This document shows positions 36,152 to 43,476 of a stretch of 44,509 bases of DNA, piece by piece. Numbering within the stretch: the stretch's first letter is position 1; each line of letters opens with the position of its first letter. A program made the position numbers and the translations under genes. The stretch lies in the sequence record OQ442786, one strand, 5' to 3'. Under the pieces are notes generated by a model. That model saw nothing but the letters and a program-made list of their open reading frames with translations, did not search any database and had not been told where the DNA came from. This DNA is from Escherichia phage JSSK01.

Positions 36152-36379
36152 TTACTCACCGTCGCCTTCAGTAAGGCTATCGTCTATTAGTTCAAATTTA
36201 CCGTTTGAGTGTTGAATAGCTTCTTGCCCGCAATGGTCACAGACAACAAGTTTATCGAACCCATCAAACTCATCCCCTACTACGCAAGAAAGTACAAATT
36301 TATGTTTTGTGCACACTTCTTGCGGAGCGCCGAAAATTGCTCGAAAACCTTTAGCTATGGCCCCAGTGATTGTGTTCAT
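36152..36379 (-). CDS. zinc-ribbon-like small protein
   Basis: CxxC pairs (CTKH...C and CDHCG). Confidence 0.5.
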   Translation of the reverse strand: MNTITGAIAKGFRAIFGAPQEVCTKHKFVLSCVVGDEFDGFDKLVVCDHCGQEAIQHSNGKFELIDDSLTEGDGE

Positions 36380-36407
36380 ATCTGCCCCTCTCGTTTGGTA
36401 TGGGCTA

Positions 36408-36436
36408 ACTATAATAGCGAACTATTCACATGTCAA
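36408..36436 (-). promoter_or_regulatory. replication-module promoter cassette copy 3 (TTGACA-17-TATAGT)
   Basis: plus-strand text TAACTATAATAGCGAACTATTCACATGTCAATGG. Confidence 0.55.
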
Positions 36437-36500
36437 TGGGCTTTTCTAAAATAATTAATATGGTACTATTCACATATCAACTGACTAAGGAGTAACTGAC

Positions 36501-36716
36501 ATGCAACCATCTGAACTAGGCATCCGTGTAGAGCAACGCCGTAAAGAACTCGGTATCTCCCAGCGCCGTCTGGCTGTTCTGGCCGGCGTTTCCCAGGGCG
36601 CGATTAACCAGCTTGCACTCGGGGTAACTCAGGACGTACGCCCGGCAACGCTGTTTAAACTGGCGGAAGTGCTGGAAGTAGACGCCAAGTGGCTGGCGCT
36701 AGGTGAAGGGGCGTAA
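36501..36716 (+). CDS. XRE-family HTH transcriptional regulator (Cro/CI-like)
   Basis: ISQRRLAVLAGVSQGAINQL is a classic HTH_XRE signature; AAGGAG SD; stop codon lies in terminator loop. Confidence 0.7.
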   Translation: MQPSELGIRVEQRRKELGISQRRLAVLAGVSQGAINQLALGVTQDVRPATLFKLAEVLEVDAKWLALGEGA

Positions 36717-36731
36717 CGCCCCTTTCTTTTT
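36708..36731 (+). terminator. rho-independent terminator (GGGGCG-TAA-CGCCCC, TTTCTTTTT)
   Basis: read from sequence. Confidence 0.6.
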
Positions 36732-36733
36732 AC

Positions 36734-38956
36734 CTATTCCAAATCCTCCTCTGTCACCACCAGCATCTCATTTGGTTCGTATAGTGTCTTCGGCCTTAAT
36801 CTATCACCTATTCTTTCGGGTATACGATATGTTCTCGGTACTACTTCGCCGTTAGCATCGCAACCAAGCATTAGTTCTCCATCTTTCAACATTTTATCAA
36901 GATGGGTGTTAGTCACAGAGAAGTCACCGGAACGAGCCACTATCTGCTGCTGAGTAAAACCGCGACCTGTGTCATCTGACTGTTGCAGGTCTTCCAGTGC
37001 CGAAAGTATTGACTCCTTCCTTACTTCATCCCTGCCGCGTTTAACTTCTTCCTTTACTTTTTGCTTACCTTCTTTCGTCAACCCTTCTTCCCGCTCTTTC
37101 TCCTCGTCAGTTTTGAACGGCTCGAAACCCCACGGCATCAACACAAGCGCCTTGTGTGGTTCAGGCAGGTCCAGGTTTACGATTGTGCCGTATTCCTCTG
37201 TGCTACCCAGGAACTCAACCGCTCGGTATTCTTTAGGCGGCGGCGCTTCACGGAACTGTACCGACTCCAGCACCATGCCAACCGTCTTCTGCTGAGGCCC
37301 GTGCTTGAATTTCGAGTGATATACGTTTATCTGACGGTCGGTTGCACGTTCGATTGTCAGTTCCACGTCAACACCCGCATACAGCGCCCCACTGCCGCGT
37401 GCTTTCTTTCCACCCTTCGGCGTATGGTGGACAACGCCTACTGCGGCTTTAGTTGCATCGCGTACTTCTTTCAGAATGGCGATAACTTTACCCATGCCGA
37501 TTGCTGTTGATGAACTGTTCTCGTCGAACTTATCAATCGTCAGTGCCAGGGTCTGGTTAAGGGTGTCGAACGCAACCATGCCAATTGGCTCGTCGCCAGC
37601 AGTTTCGCGCATTAACTTAATCAGGCTTTTAAGTTTGCCGACTTCGCCCATATCGATGACGTGTACATAATCTTTACCTTCCCCGCCATATTTAGCCGCT
37701 AGTGCATCAATACGGGTGCGTGTAGCTGCGCCACCCTCACCATCAATATAGAAATGGTGGCAACGCTGGGTATCCGCCCCCGCAAACCTGTACCCGGCGG
37801 CGCTGAGGCACATCATCCCCAGCGTATAGAACGATTTGTACGTGCCAGATTCCCCGACGATATCCCAGATACAATCCGACGGCATGTACCCCTCAACGAC
37901 GAAATCAGCCTTTACCGGCTCCGGTAACTCGTCCTCCTCTGAGTCCTCGTCGTCTTCCAGGTCGTCGAGGCTGCAAGTTACTGGGTCCTCGTTCTCTGTG
38001 CGGTGTAGTTCTTCAATCTCTTCTTCCGGTAAATCAGGCAGAGCCGCACGAATGCTGTTAATGCTGATAGGTTGCTTATCTATGTTAAGCTCGTCGGGTA
38101 GGCCACACATACGCAGGGCCAAATGCTGCCTACGGTTAAGCTCGGTGCAAGCGCCGTTGTTTGTATGCTGGCAGACAAAGCGCACTTCTTTACCGTCGAG
38201 CATTATGCTGGTGGAGCCCTTGCCTGTATGCAGATGTTCGTTAGGGCATGGCACTTCGTACCCGCGCCCGGAAGATAAAGCGTCAAGGCCAAGCTCGGCT
38301 TCGCAGAAGTGTGCTATATCCGCGTTAAGCCCATGCTCATCAGCGGCAAGTGTTTTAGCCTCACGCTTACGCAACCCCATCTCTTCGGCTTTCTTGATGT
38401 ACCGCTCAGCACGGATAACACGCCCTTCTGTAACCGTTATCTTCGACTCTTTATGCGGCAGGTAGATAAGGCGGTTGCCGTCTTCTGTGCAGTGGTCACG
38501 CAACGCTTCGTCTATTTCTAACTCTGCACAAATAGCACGTTGCACCATCCACGCGTCGTTAGAGTTAAACGGCGTGCGAGCTGGAACCAGAACGCGGAAA
38601 GCGTAATCTCCGTTTTTACATGCGTGCTGATGCGATGCCGTTGTGTGCAGAATATTGAAGAACGGCGCGTTCTTGAATTTGCGTGTCAGGTCGCGGTACT
38701 GAGTACGGTTGAGATGGTCGAAATCGAACTTAACCACACTGTCTTCCAGGATAGCGTTTTTACGGCGACCACCAACAGGCGCAATAGCTTTCTGTTTAAT
38801 CTTGGCAGCGTCGTACTCTTCCTTAGTCCATGACGGGTCCACGGATAAACGCTTCGATGTATCGCAGACATACTCGACAAACTGCTCCAGCGGCATTTCA
38901 CGCGCTACAGGGTTTTTATCGAATGTGTTACGCAGCGTTGCAAAAACAATATTCAT
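36734..38956 (-). CDS. DNA primase/helicase (AEP-type primase-like N-terminal region + RecA-like ATPase)
   Basis: Walker A GESGTYKS, Walker B-like MVAFDTLNQ, sensor VVHHTPKGG; N-terminal DxD (FDFDHL) and His-rich block suggestive of AEP primase. Confidence 0.75.
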   Translation of the reverse strand: MNIVFATLRNTFDKNPVAREMPLEQFVEYVCDTSKRLSVDPSWTKEEYDAAKIKQKAIAPVGGRRKNAILEDSVVKFDFDHLNRTQYRDLTRKFKNAPFFNILHTTASHQHACKNGDYAFRVLVPARTPFNSNDAWMVQRAICAELEIDEALRDHCTEDGNRLIYLPHKESKITVTEGRVIRAERYIKKAEEMGLRKREAKTLAADEHGLNADIAHFCEAELGLDALSSGRGYEVPCPNEHLHTGKGSTSIMLDGKEVRFVCQHTNNGACTELNRRQHLALRMCGLPDELNIDKQPISINSIRAALPDLPEEEIEELHRTENEDPVTCSLDDLEDDEDSEEDELPEPVKADFVVEGYMPSDCIWDIVGESGTYKSFYTLGMMCLSAAGYRFAGADTQRCHHFYIDGEGGAATRTRIDALAAKYGGEGKDYVHVIDMGEVGKLKSLIKLMRETAGDEPIGMVAFDTLNQTLALTIDKFDENSSSTAIGMGKVIAILKEVRDATKAAVGVVHHTPKGGKKARGSGALYAGVDVELTIERATDRQINVYHSKFKHGPQQKTVGMVLESVQFREAPPPKEYRAVEFLGSTEEYGTIVNLDLPEPHKALVLMPWGFEPFKTDEEKEREEGLTKEGKQKVKEEVKRGRDEVRKESILSALEDLQQSDDTGRGFTQQQIVARSGDFSVTNTHLDKMLKDGELMLGCDANGEVVPRTYRIPERIGDRLRPKTLYEPNEMLVVTEEDLE

Positions 38957-39150
38957 TTCTTTTTCTCCGCACGTTCTAAGGCTTCCTGCATACGGCGCAT
39001 TGCGCGGTTCATCTTTACCGGCGCGAAGAAATCGGCGCCGTGTTTCTGTCGGCGTAGCTGTGGAACTATTAACTTTGTCATTGTATAATCCTTATGCTTA
39101 CTTTGATGGTTTGTACTTTAGCCCCGACGTTCTAGCGTTGGGGTTTCTTT

Positions 39151-39441
39151 TTACCGTTTAGCCAACCCTTCCAGCAAATTTTTATACTCTTCAAAATATT
39201 CCTCGACCAAATCATCGCCGAAATAGAAGTCGATATACTCGAGATTATCTCTTACGTTAAGCGATGCCGACATGGTGCTTAGTTGGCGTAAGCTAATTAG
39301 CTTCATTTCTGTTTCTACGCAGAAAGGCCGGTAGGTATCAAGATGGCAAGAGATATTGAAGCATAAAGCGAACTCTCCTGCCACGGAGTGAACCATATAC
39401 ACTTCGTTTTCTGCTTTATTGTGGAAAATTACGCCTTTCAT
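39151..39441 (-). CDS. hypothetical protein (96 aa)
   Basis: track ORF, ATGA-coupled to upstream HTH gene. Confidence 0.45.
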   Translation of the reverse strand: MKGVIFHNKAENEVYMVHSVAGEFALCFNISCHLDTYRPFCVETEMKLISLRQLSTMSASLNVRDNLEYIDFYFGDDLVEEYFEEYKNLLEGLAKR

Positions 39442-39620
39442 TTCACGTTCTCCTTAATCCATGCTTCGACTTTATTACGGTCAAATGTTCCCGGTAAACG
39501 GCGGCCCATAATCTTAATACAGCAGTCAGGGAATTTGCCGCTGCGCAACCAGTTATTAATTGTCTGACGTGTCACCCCGATACGTTCAGCTACTTCATTC
39601 TGCGTCATATAATGCGACAT
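39438..39620 (-). CDS. small HTH DNA-binding protein (AlpA/excisionase-like fold)
   Basis: start reassigned to ATG 39620 (AGGAGAT SD); MTQNEVAERIGVTRQTINNWLRSGKFP is HTH-like; first gene of minus-strand operon. Confidence 0.55.
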   Translation of the reverse strand: MSHYMTQNEVAERIGVTRQTINNWLRSGKFPDCCIKIMGRRLPGTFDRNKVEAWIKENVK

Positions 39621-39651
39621 TTTTATATCTCCTGTTTGTTTGGTGAAACTG

Positions 39652-39680
39652 AGTATAGGATAGCGGGAATGTAAAAGCAA
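39652..39680 (-). promoter_or_regulatory. candidate leftward promoter TTGCTT-17-TATACT
   Basis: read on minus strand upstream of HTH gene. Confidence 0.4.
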
Positions 39681-39717
39681 CCAATCTCTGTAATATTTAA
39701 TCTTTACAAAAATGTTA

Positions 39718-39747
39718 TTGAAAGTTCTTGACACATGTTTGTATAAT
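39718..39747 (+). promoter_or_regulatory. candidate rightward promoter TTGAAA-18-TATAAT
   Basis: perfect -10 hexamer; adjacent TTGACA is only 8 bp from the -10. Confidence 0.4.
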
Positions 39748-39753
39748 GGTTTT

Positions 39754-39973
39754 GGGACTTGTATATATTACGGAGTTGACGAACCCTCCCCGAGGGATTC
39801 GTCAACCCCTCCCAGACAGCTGAGATGCTTGCCTTGGGGTTTAAGGATAAGTGTATCTAAATCTCATTTAAAGAAGTAACCCGCTGAAATATCTACTGTT
39901 TCTTAATGTGCCGTAGATTCGCAACCGTAAAAATGTAACGATTATTGGGCAGGCTTAAGCCTGCCCTTTAGTT
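39754..39973 (+). ncRNA. candidate ~215-nt non-coding transcript ending at intrinsic terminator
   Basis: no ORF longer than ~15 codons; imperfect palindrome GTTGACGAA...TTCGTCAAC; CCCTCCCCGA boxes. Confidence 0.25.
39947..39973 (+). terminator. rho-independent terminator (GGGCAGGCTT/AAGCCTGCCC perfect inverted repeat, TTTAGTT)
   Basis: 10-bp perfect inverted repeat followed by T-rich run. Confidence 0.6.
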
Positions 39974-40038
39974 ACCAAGTAATAAGAATAAAGGCACAAC
40001 CCTCCCCGAAGAATCACAACGGCAACGTAACTATTCTC

Positions 40039-40067
40039 TTGCACACCCCAACATAATAGGTTACTAT
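40039..40067 (+). promoter_or_regulatory. early promoter TTGCAC-17-TACTATTCA with AACGAGACA leader box
   Basis: near-identical to promoter at ~41735. Confidence 0.55.
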
Positions 40068-40101
40068 TCACTTATCGAAACGAGACATAAGGAATTTAGA
40101 G

Positions 40102-40320
40102 ATGAACAAAGCGACCGCAAGCGTAGTTTCCGCAATCAAAGAAGTTTACGGCATCGATATCTCAGAGCGCGTAATTATCGGGAACAAGCGCAACTTCTTT
40201 ACGTTCGACACCGACGGAATGGATGAAAATGATTTTGTTAACGTACAACGTTTCGCTAACGGTAAAGGACTTCGTAACGAGCCAGCGGGTTACAAGAAAT
40301 TTGCTATCTACTTTAAATAA
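40102..40320 (+). CDS. hypothetical early protein (72 aa)
   Basis: AAGGAA SD; first ORF of right-end early block. Confidence 0.5.
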   Translation: MNKATASVVSAIKEVYGIDISERVIIGNKRNFFTFDTDGMDENDFVNVQRFANGKGLRNEPAGYKKFAIYFK

Positions 40321-40329
40321 GACAGAGGA

Positions 40330-40524
40330 GTGATGGTTATGTTTAAGAAGGGTCAGTTGGTTAAAACAAAACGCGGCGGACAGTACGTAATAGTTACCCA
40401 GAATGAGGATGAATATAGTACCGCTGTAGACGTATGGGGTCTTGTACGAAAGAAACATGGTTACGCTTTCAGAGATAATTTAACACTCATCGGCAACAAT
40501 TTTAAATTCAAAGGGGCGAAGTGA
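40330..40524 (+). CDS. hypothetical early protein (64 aa)
   Basis: track ORF with GAGGAG SD. Confidence 0.5.
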   Translation: MMVMFKKGQLVKTKRGGQYVIVTQNEDEYSTAVDVWGLVRKKHGYAFRDNLTLIGNNFKFKGAK

Positions 40525-40709
40525 TGGAAGAATTAATTTACGACGTATACGTAGGAGGAAGATTTAGTTATTCAACAAGAAGCAGGGGAGAGGCATTTAA
40601 CCATTGCTATGCGTTAACAAAGTTAGGTTTCAACGCGGAATTTAAATCCAGAACGGCATCGAATCATGATGCTCGTGCCGACGACTCTGAGGGAGGTTGC
40701 CGTGAATAA
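40521..40709 (+). CDS. hypothetical early protein (62 aa)
   Basis: ATGA-coupled. Confidence 0.45.
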   Translation: MMEELIYDVYVGGRFSYSTRSRGEAFNHCYALTKLGFNAEFKSRTASNHDARADDSEGGCRE

Positions 40710-40731
40710 TATTTCAATTGTGGAGGTTGGT

Positions 40732-40926
40732 ATGAGTCCGTATAACGAATTCCGCTTACGCCGTCTGATTGGCGGTCTGCGCGCCGCCGAGTTTGGTGTT
40801 GAATGCTGGGAAAAGGCGAAGTACACCCCGTTGAAGTCGTGGCATTTGGCTCATGCTAAGGAGGTAGCACAGTACCGTGAGTACAAGTTAAACAGTTTTC
40901 TTAAGCACCACGGGGTTGAGTTATGA
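40732..40926 (+). CDS. hypothetical early protein (64 aa)
   Basis: track ORF 40666-40926; start moved to ATG 40732 with GGAGG SD. Confidence 0.45.
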   Translation: MSPYNEFRLRRLIGGLRAAEFGVECWEKAKYTPLKSWHLAHAKEVAQYREYKLNSFLKHHGVEL

Positions 40927-41078
40927 GAATTCGAATAACTGACCGCAGGCTTATAGATTTCGGTATCTCGGTAGGTGATGTTTTTCTGGCGTTCAGCAGC
41001 AACCATTATGGTTTTATGATTGAGTACAAAGGGTCGTTATTGTTCGTGTATCGGGATGAATGCGAGGTTCTGGTATGA
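40923..41078 (+). CDS. hypothetical small protein (51 aa)
   Basis: not in track; ATGA coupling. Confidence 0.35.
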   Translation: MRIRITDRRLIDFGISVGDVFLAFSSNHYGFMIEYKGSLLFVYRDECEVLV

Positions 41079-41218
41079 GGGAAGCATTCGAACGGTGGGC
41101 CATCGTCGAGGGTCTGCCGGTTAACAAGGGTTCAAAGAAAGAGTACCTGAACGTTAAGACACGTCTCGCGTGGCGGGCGTGGAAAGCTGGTGTTCAAACT
41201 GCGATGAATACGAGGTGA
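41075..41218 (+). CDS. hypothetical small protein (47 aa)
   Basis: not in track; ATGA coupling. Confidence 0.35.
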   Translation: MREAFERWAIVEGLPVNKGSKKEYLNVKTRLAWRAWKAGVQTAMNTR

Positions 41219-41221
41219 GAT

Positions 41222-41422
41222 ATGGGTGAGTGGATTAAGTGTAGTGAGATGCTGCCGGGCAACGGTAGTACAGATAAAGAATTCCTGGTGTATGAAACGT
41301 TAAATAACGCAGTTCAACACGATTATTACATCGTTCCTGATGACGGGAGAAAGCCTTTCTGGAATCACTACGATAAGTACGTGACTCACTGGATGCCGTT
41401 ACCTGAGCCGCCGGAAGTGTGA
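41222..41422 (+). CDS. DUF551-like protein
   Basis: EWIKCSEMLP near N-terminus and VTHWMPLPEPP at C-terminus match the DUF551 signature. Confidence 0.6.
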   Translation: MGEWIKCSEMLPGNGSTDKEFLVYETLNNAVQHDYYIVPDDGRKPFWNHYDKYVTHWMPLPEPPEV

Positions 41423-41454
41423 TGTTCAATAGTTTGGGATTTTACTGAGTGACT

Positions 41455-41510
41455 TACGCTGCTACACAGCAGCGTACAACTTTAACTTAGTGTCGTCAAA
41501 AGGCGACACT
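41455..41510 (+). promoter_or_regulatory. two tandem hairpins without U-tract (possible RNase III processing or regulatory sites)
   Basis: ACGCTGCT-ACAC-AGCAGCGT (8-bp perfect stem) and AGTGTCG-N8-CGACACT (7-bp stem) in a 135-nt intergenic gap. Confidence 0.35.
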
Positions 41511-41556
41511 TTCACCAAACGCAACAATCGAAGTGACTATTGCAGGAGACGCAACA

Positions 41557-41727
41557 ATGAAACTGAATGACATCGTAACCTGGACCGGTAGAAACGGAGA
41601 AAAGCGATTCGGGCTTATTGTTGCGTCAGACGGCAACAAGTACCGTGTTATGCGATGGCGTCAGTGGGCACGACGCCCGAGGTACTACTGGATTCGTGGC
41701 GAACGATTATCGTTAAAACACCAATAA
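41557..41727 (+). CDS. hypothetical protein (56 aa)
   Basis: track ORF 41533-41727; ATG 41557 has AGGAG SD. Confidence 0.45.
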   Translation: MKLNDIVTWTGRNGEKRFGLIVASDGNKYRVMRWRQWARRPRYYWIRGERLSLKHQ

Positions 41728-41734
41728 AATTTAC

Positions 41735-41763
41735 TTGCACACCGGGATAGAATAGGCTACTAT
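41735..41763 (+). promoter_or_regulatory. early promoter TTGCAC-17-TACTATTCA with AACGAGACA leader box
   Basis: near-identical to promoter at ~40039. Confidence 0.55.
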
Positions 41764-41795
41764 TCATTTACACAAACGAGACAGAGGAAAACGAA

Positions 41796-41981
41796 ATGTT
41801 AGAAGTTAAAGTTACAAAAAGAGACAGTGAACTGACTAAAGGCATCTTCAAAGTAGGAACCGTTATAGACCTGGATTTAGCTGACATGGTTGTGTACCAC
41901 GGTGGGATTGAGTGGAACGTGGCGCGGACCGACAACGGCTTCAAGTTACCAGGAAGTGAGACTCACTTTGCAGCAGTTTGA
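41796..41981 (+). CDS. hypothetical early protein (61 aa)
   Basis: GAGGAAAA SD; first ORF after promoter. Confidence 0.5.
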   Translation: MLEVKVTKRDSELTKGIFKVGTVIDLDLADMVVYHGGIEWNVARTDNGFKLPGSETHFAAV

Positions 41982-42085
41982 AATATGGTTCCGGAGCCGG
42001 TTTGGGTTCACCCCGGCCCGGAAAGACAATGGCTACGCTGAACCAGAGGTTCAGCGGATGTGGGTACGGTGGAAGGAGAAACAGC

Positions 42086-42412
42086 GTGAACAGTAAAAAC
42101 GAAGTATTCGAATACCTGATTGACCGGCTACGGCAGCAGGTAGGTAGCAACCAGTGCGAAGACCTCGCGTATGAGGTGCATTCGCCCAATAATCAGTTAC
42201 GTGATGCTTCGGCGCAGATTAAGGAGTTGCATATGGCGCTGGTCAAAGCTACCGGTGACGCGGAGGCGTACAAACTTATTCGCGAACAGGAGCAATCCGG
42301 TTGCCGTAAAGAAGACGCGCAGGAATGCGAGCACGATTGGAGGGTTAAAACATACCCCTGGAGTAATGAAACCTATGAATACTGCCCTTTATGCCGGGAG
42401 GTGCACCAATGA
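42086..42412 (+). CDS. Cys-rich (zinc-binding-like) protein; start uncertain
   Basis: track ORF 41978-42412 begins at TTG; in-frame GTG 42086 has strong AAGGAG SD, ATG 42029 has none; C-terminal CRKEDAQECEHD...YCPLC. Confidence 0.4.
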   Translation: MNSKNEVFEYLIDRLRQQVGSNQCEDLAYEVHSPNNQLRDASAQIKELHMALVKATGDAEAYKLIREQEQSGCRKEDAQECEHDWRVKTYPWSNETYEYCPLCREVHQ

Positions 42413-42612
42413 CATCGCTCCTTTTCATCTGGGTATTGTCAGCGGGTCAGATGCACCTGGCGGCAACAGAAACGTTTTATTCTATGGAGGCGTGCCAGTC
42501 AGCGGCACGCGCCGCAGAGAACGCGCACTTCTTGTTTCAGGGCGACAAGCCTAACGATTCAGAGGTACGCGCTATCTGCTCACCTAAGCGACTTGGTAAA
42601 CAGGAGAAGTGA
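42409..42612 (+). CDS. small protein with N-terminal signal-peptide-like segment
   Basis: track ORF 42391-42612; ATG 42409 overlaps upstream stop; hydrophobic MTSLLFIWVLSAGQMHLAA then polar domain with two Cys. Confidence 0.45.
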   Translation: MTSLLFIWVLSAGQMHLAATETFYSMEACQSAARAAENAHFLFQGDKPNDSEVRAICSPKRLGKQEK

Positions 42613-42878
42613 TTATGGTACAGAGATATTTATTACAAGGCGGTTTAATAGGGCCGCACGACGATGGTGACTGGGTTGGTTACGAAGACTACGCGGAACT
42701 TGAGCGTAAGTTCAATGAACTCAGGACATGGCGTACGCAGATGCTCAATGCCGCTTTCGACTTTTTAGCGTGGGCAGAAAAAGCGGAAGCCGAGTTACAG
42801 AAATACAAAGACCAGTTCCCTGATTACGTCGAGTGCGCGAACTGTGGGTCAGTTACACATGTGGAAGGAGCGCAGTGA
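42609..42878 (+). CDS. hypothetical protein, paralog A of tandem pair
   Basis: shares G-[DE]-[WY]-V-x-YEDYA-[EK]-LE-x-K block with the next ORF; track start is GTG, ATG at 42615 possible. Confidence 0.5.
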   Translation: MIMVQRYLLQGGLIGPHDDGDWVGYEDYAELERKFNELRTWRTQMLNAAFDFLAWAEKAEAELQKYKDQFPDYVECANCGSVTHVEGAQ

Positions 42879-42880
42879 TT

Positions 42881-43111
42881 ATGGTTATTCGTAAAGGCTT
42901 TTATGAAGATGGTAATTTCGATAGTAAAGTAAATGGGGAGTACGTAAGCTACGAAGACTACGCGAAACTCGAAGCCAAACTTCTGGAAATAAAAGCAGCA
43001 GCCAGTTGTCTTGTGCGAGAAGCGAGTAAGGTGTATAGCGATTATAGTGACGTTATAGCGCCTGAGTTTGTAGACCAGCAAACCATATACGAACTAGGTA
43101 TTCTGCTATGA
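42881..43111 (+). CDS. hypothetical protein, paralog B of tandem pair
   Basis: track ORF 42833-43111; start moved to ATG 42881 just after upstream stop. Confidence 0.5.
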   Translation: MVIRKGFYEDGNFDSKVNGEYVSYEDYAKLEAKLLEIKAAASCLVREASKVYSDYSDVIAPEFVDQQTIYELGILL

Positions 43112-43401
43112 GCCTCGCAACTGACATCCTGAAACGAAGCGGCCTTGCGCCGCTGTCGCCGAGAGGTAAAACACAGATATACAAGCGTCGGGGTAACGCG
43201 CTGTTCCCTGAGATTCAGGCCAGACGCAAAGCTGTCCGCGCCTGTGGATTCCAGAACGGGAAGGCCGTAAACCTCGGTGAGTTTAAAACACAGGAACGCG
43301 CTGCAATCTCTAATCGGTTATTTAATTACTGGAAATCGCTGGGATACGATGATATCCCGACGAAACCACAGAGACGACAATACATCTGGAGACATAAATA
43401 A
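43108..43401 (+). CDS. hypothetical basic protein (97 aa)
   Basis: ATGA-coupled track ORF. Confidence 0.5.
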   Translation: MSLATDILKRSGLAPLSPRGKTQIYKRRGNALFPEIQARRKAVRACGFQNGKAVNLGEFKTQERAAISNRLFNYWKSLGYDDIPTKPQRRQYIWRHK

Positions 43402-43476
43402 ACCGTTATTAGGATAATTCCTACCCGTGGTATCCTCCAGTTACTGCATACTTAATACGCACCTGGAGGATTCATC

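Noticed and set aside
37836-38465. 209-aa plus-strand ORF inside the primase-helicase gene
   Set aside because: Antisense to a gene with clear Walker motifs; Ser/Arg-rich low-complexity translation.
39728-39747. Perfect TTGACA and TATAAT hexamers close together
   Set aside because: They are only 8 bp apart, so cannot be one sigma70 promoter; the TATAAT is paired instead with an upstream TTGAAA at 18-bp spacing, with low confidence.
41890-42096. 68-aa plus-strand ORF overlapping ORF 41796-41981
   Set aside because: Largely overlaps a better-supported ORF in another frame; its non-overlapping part has no start codon with an SD.
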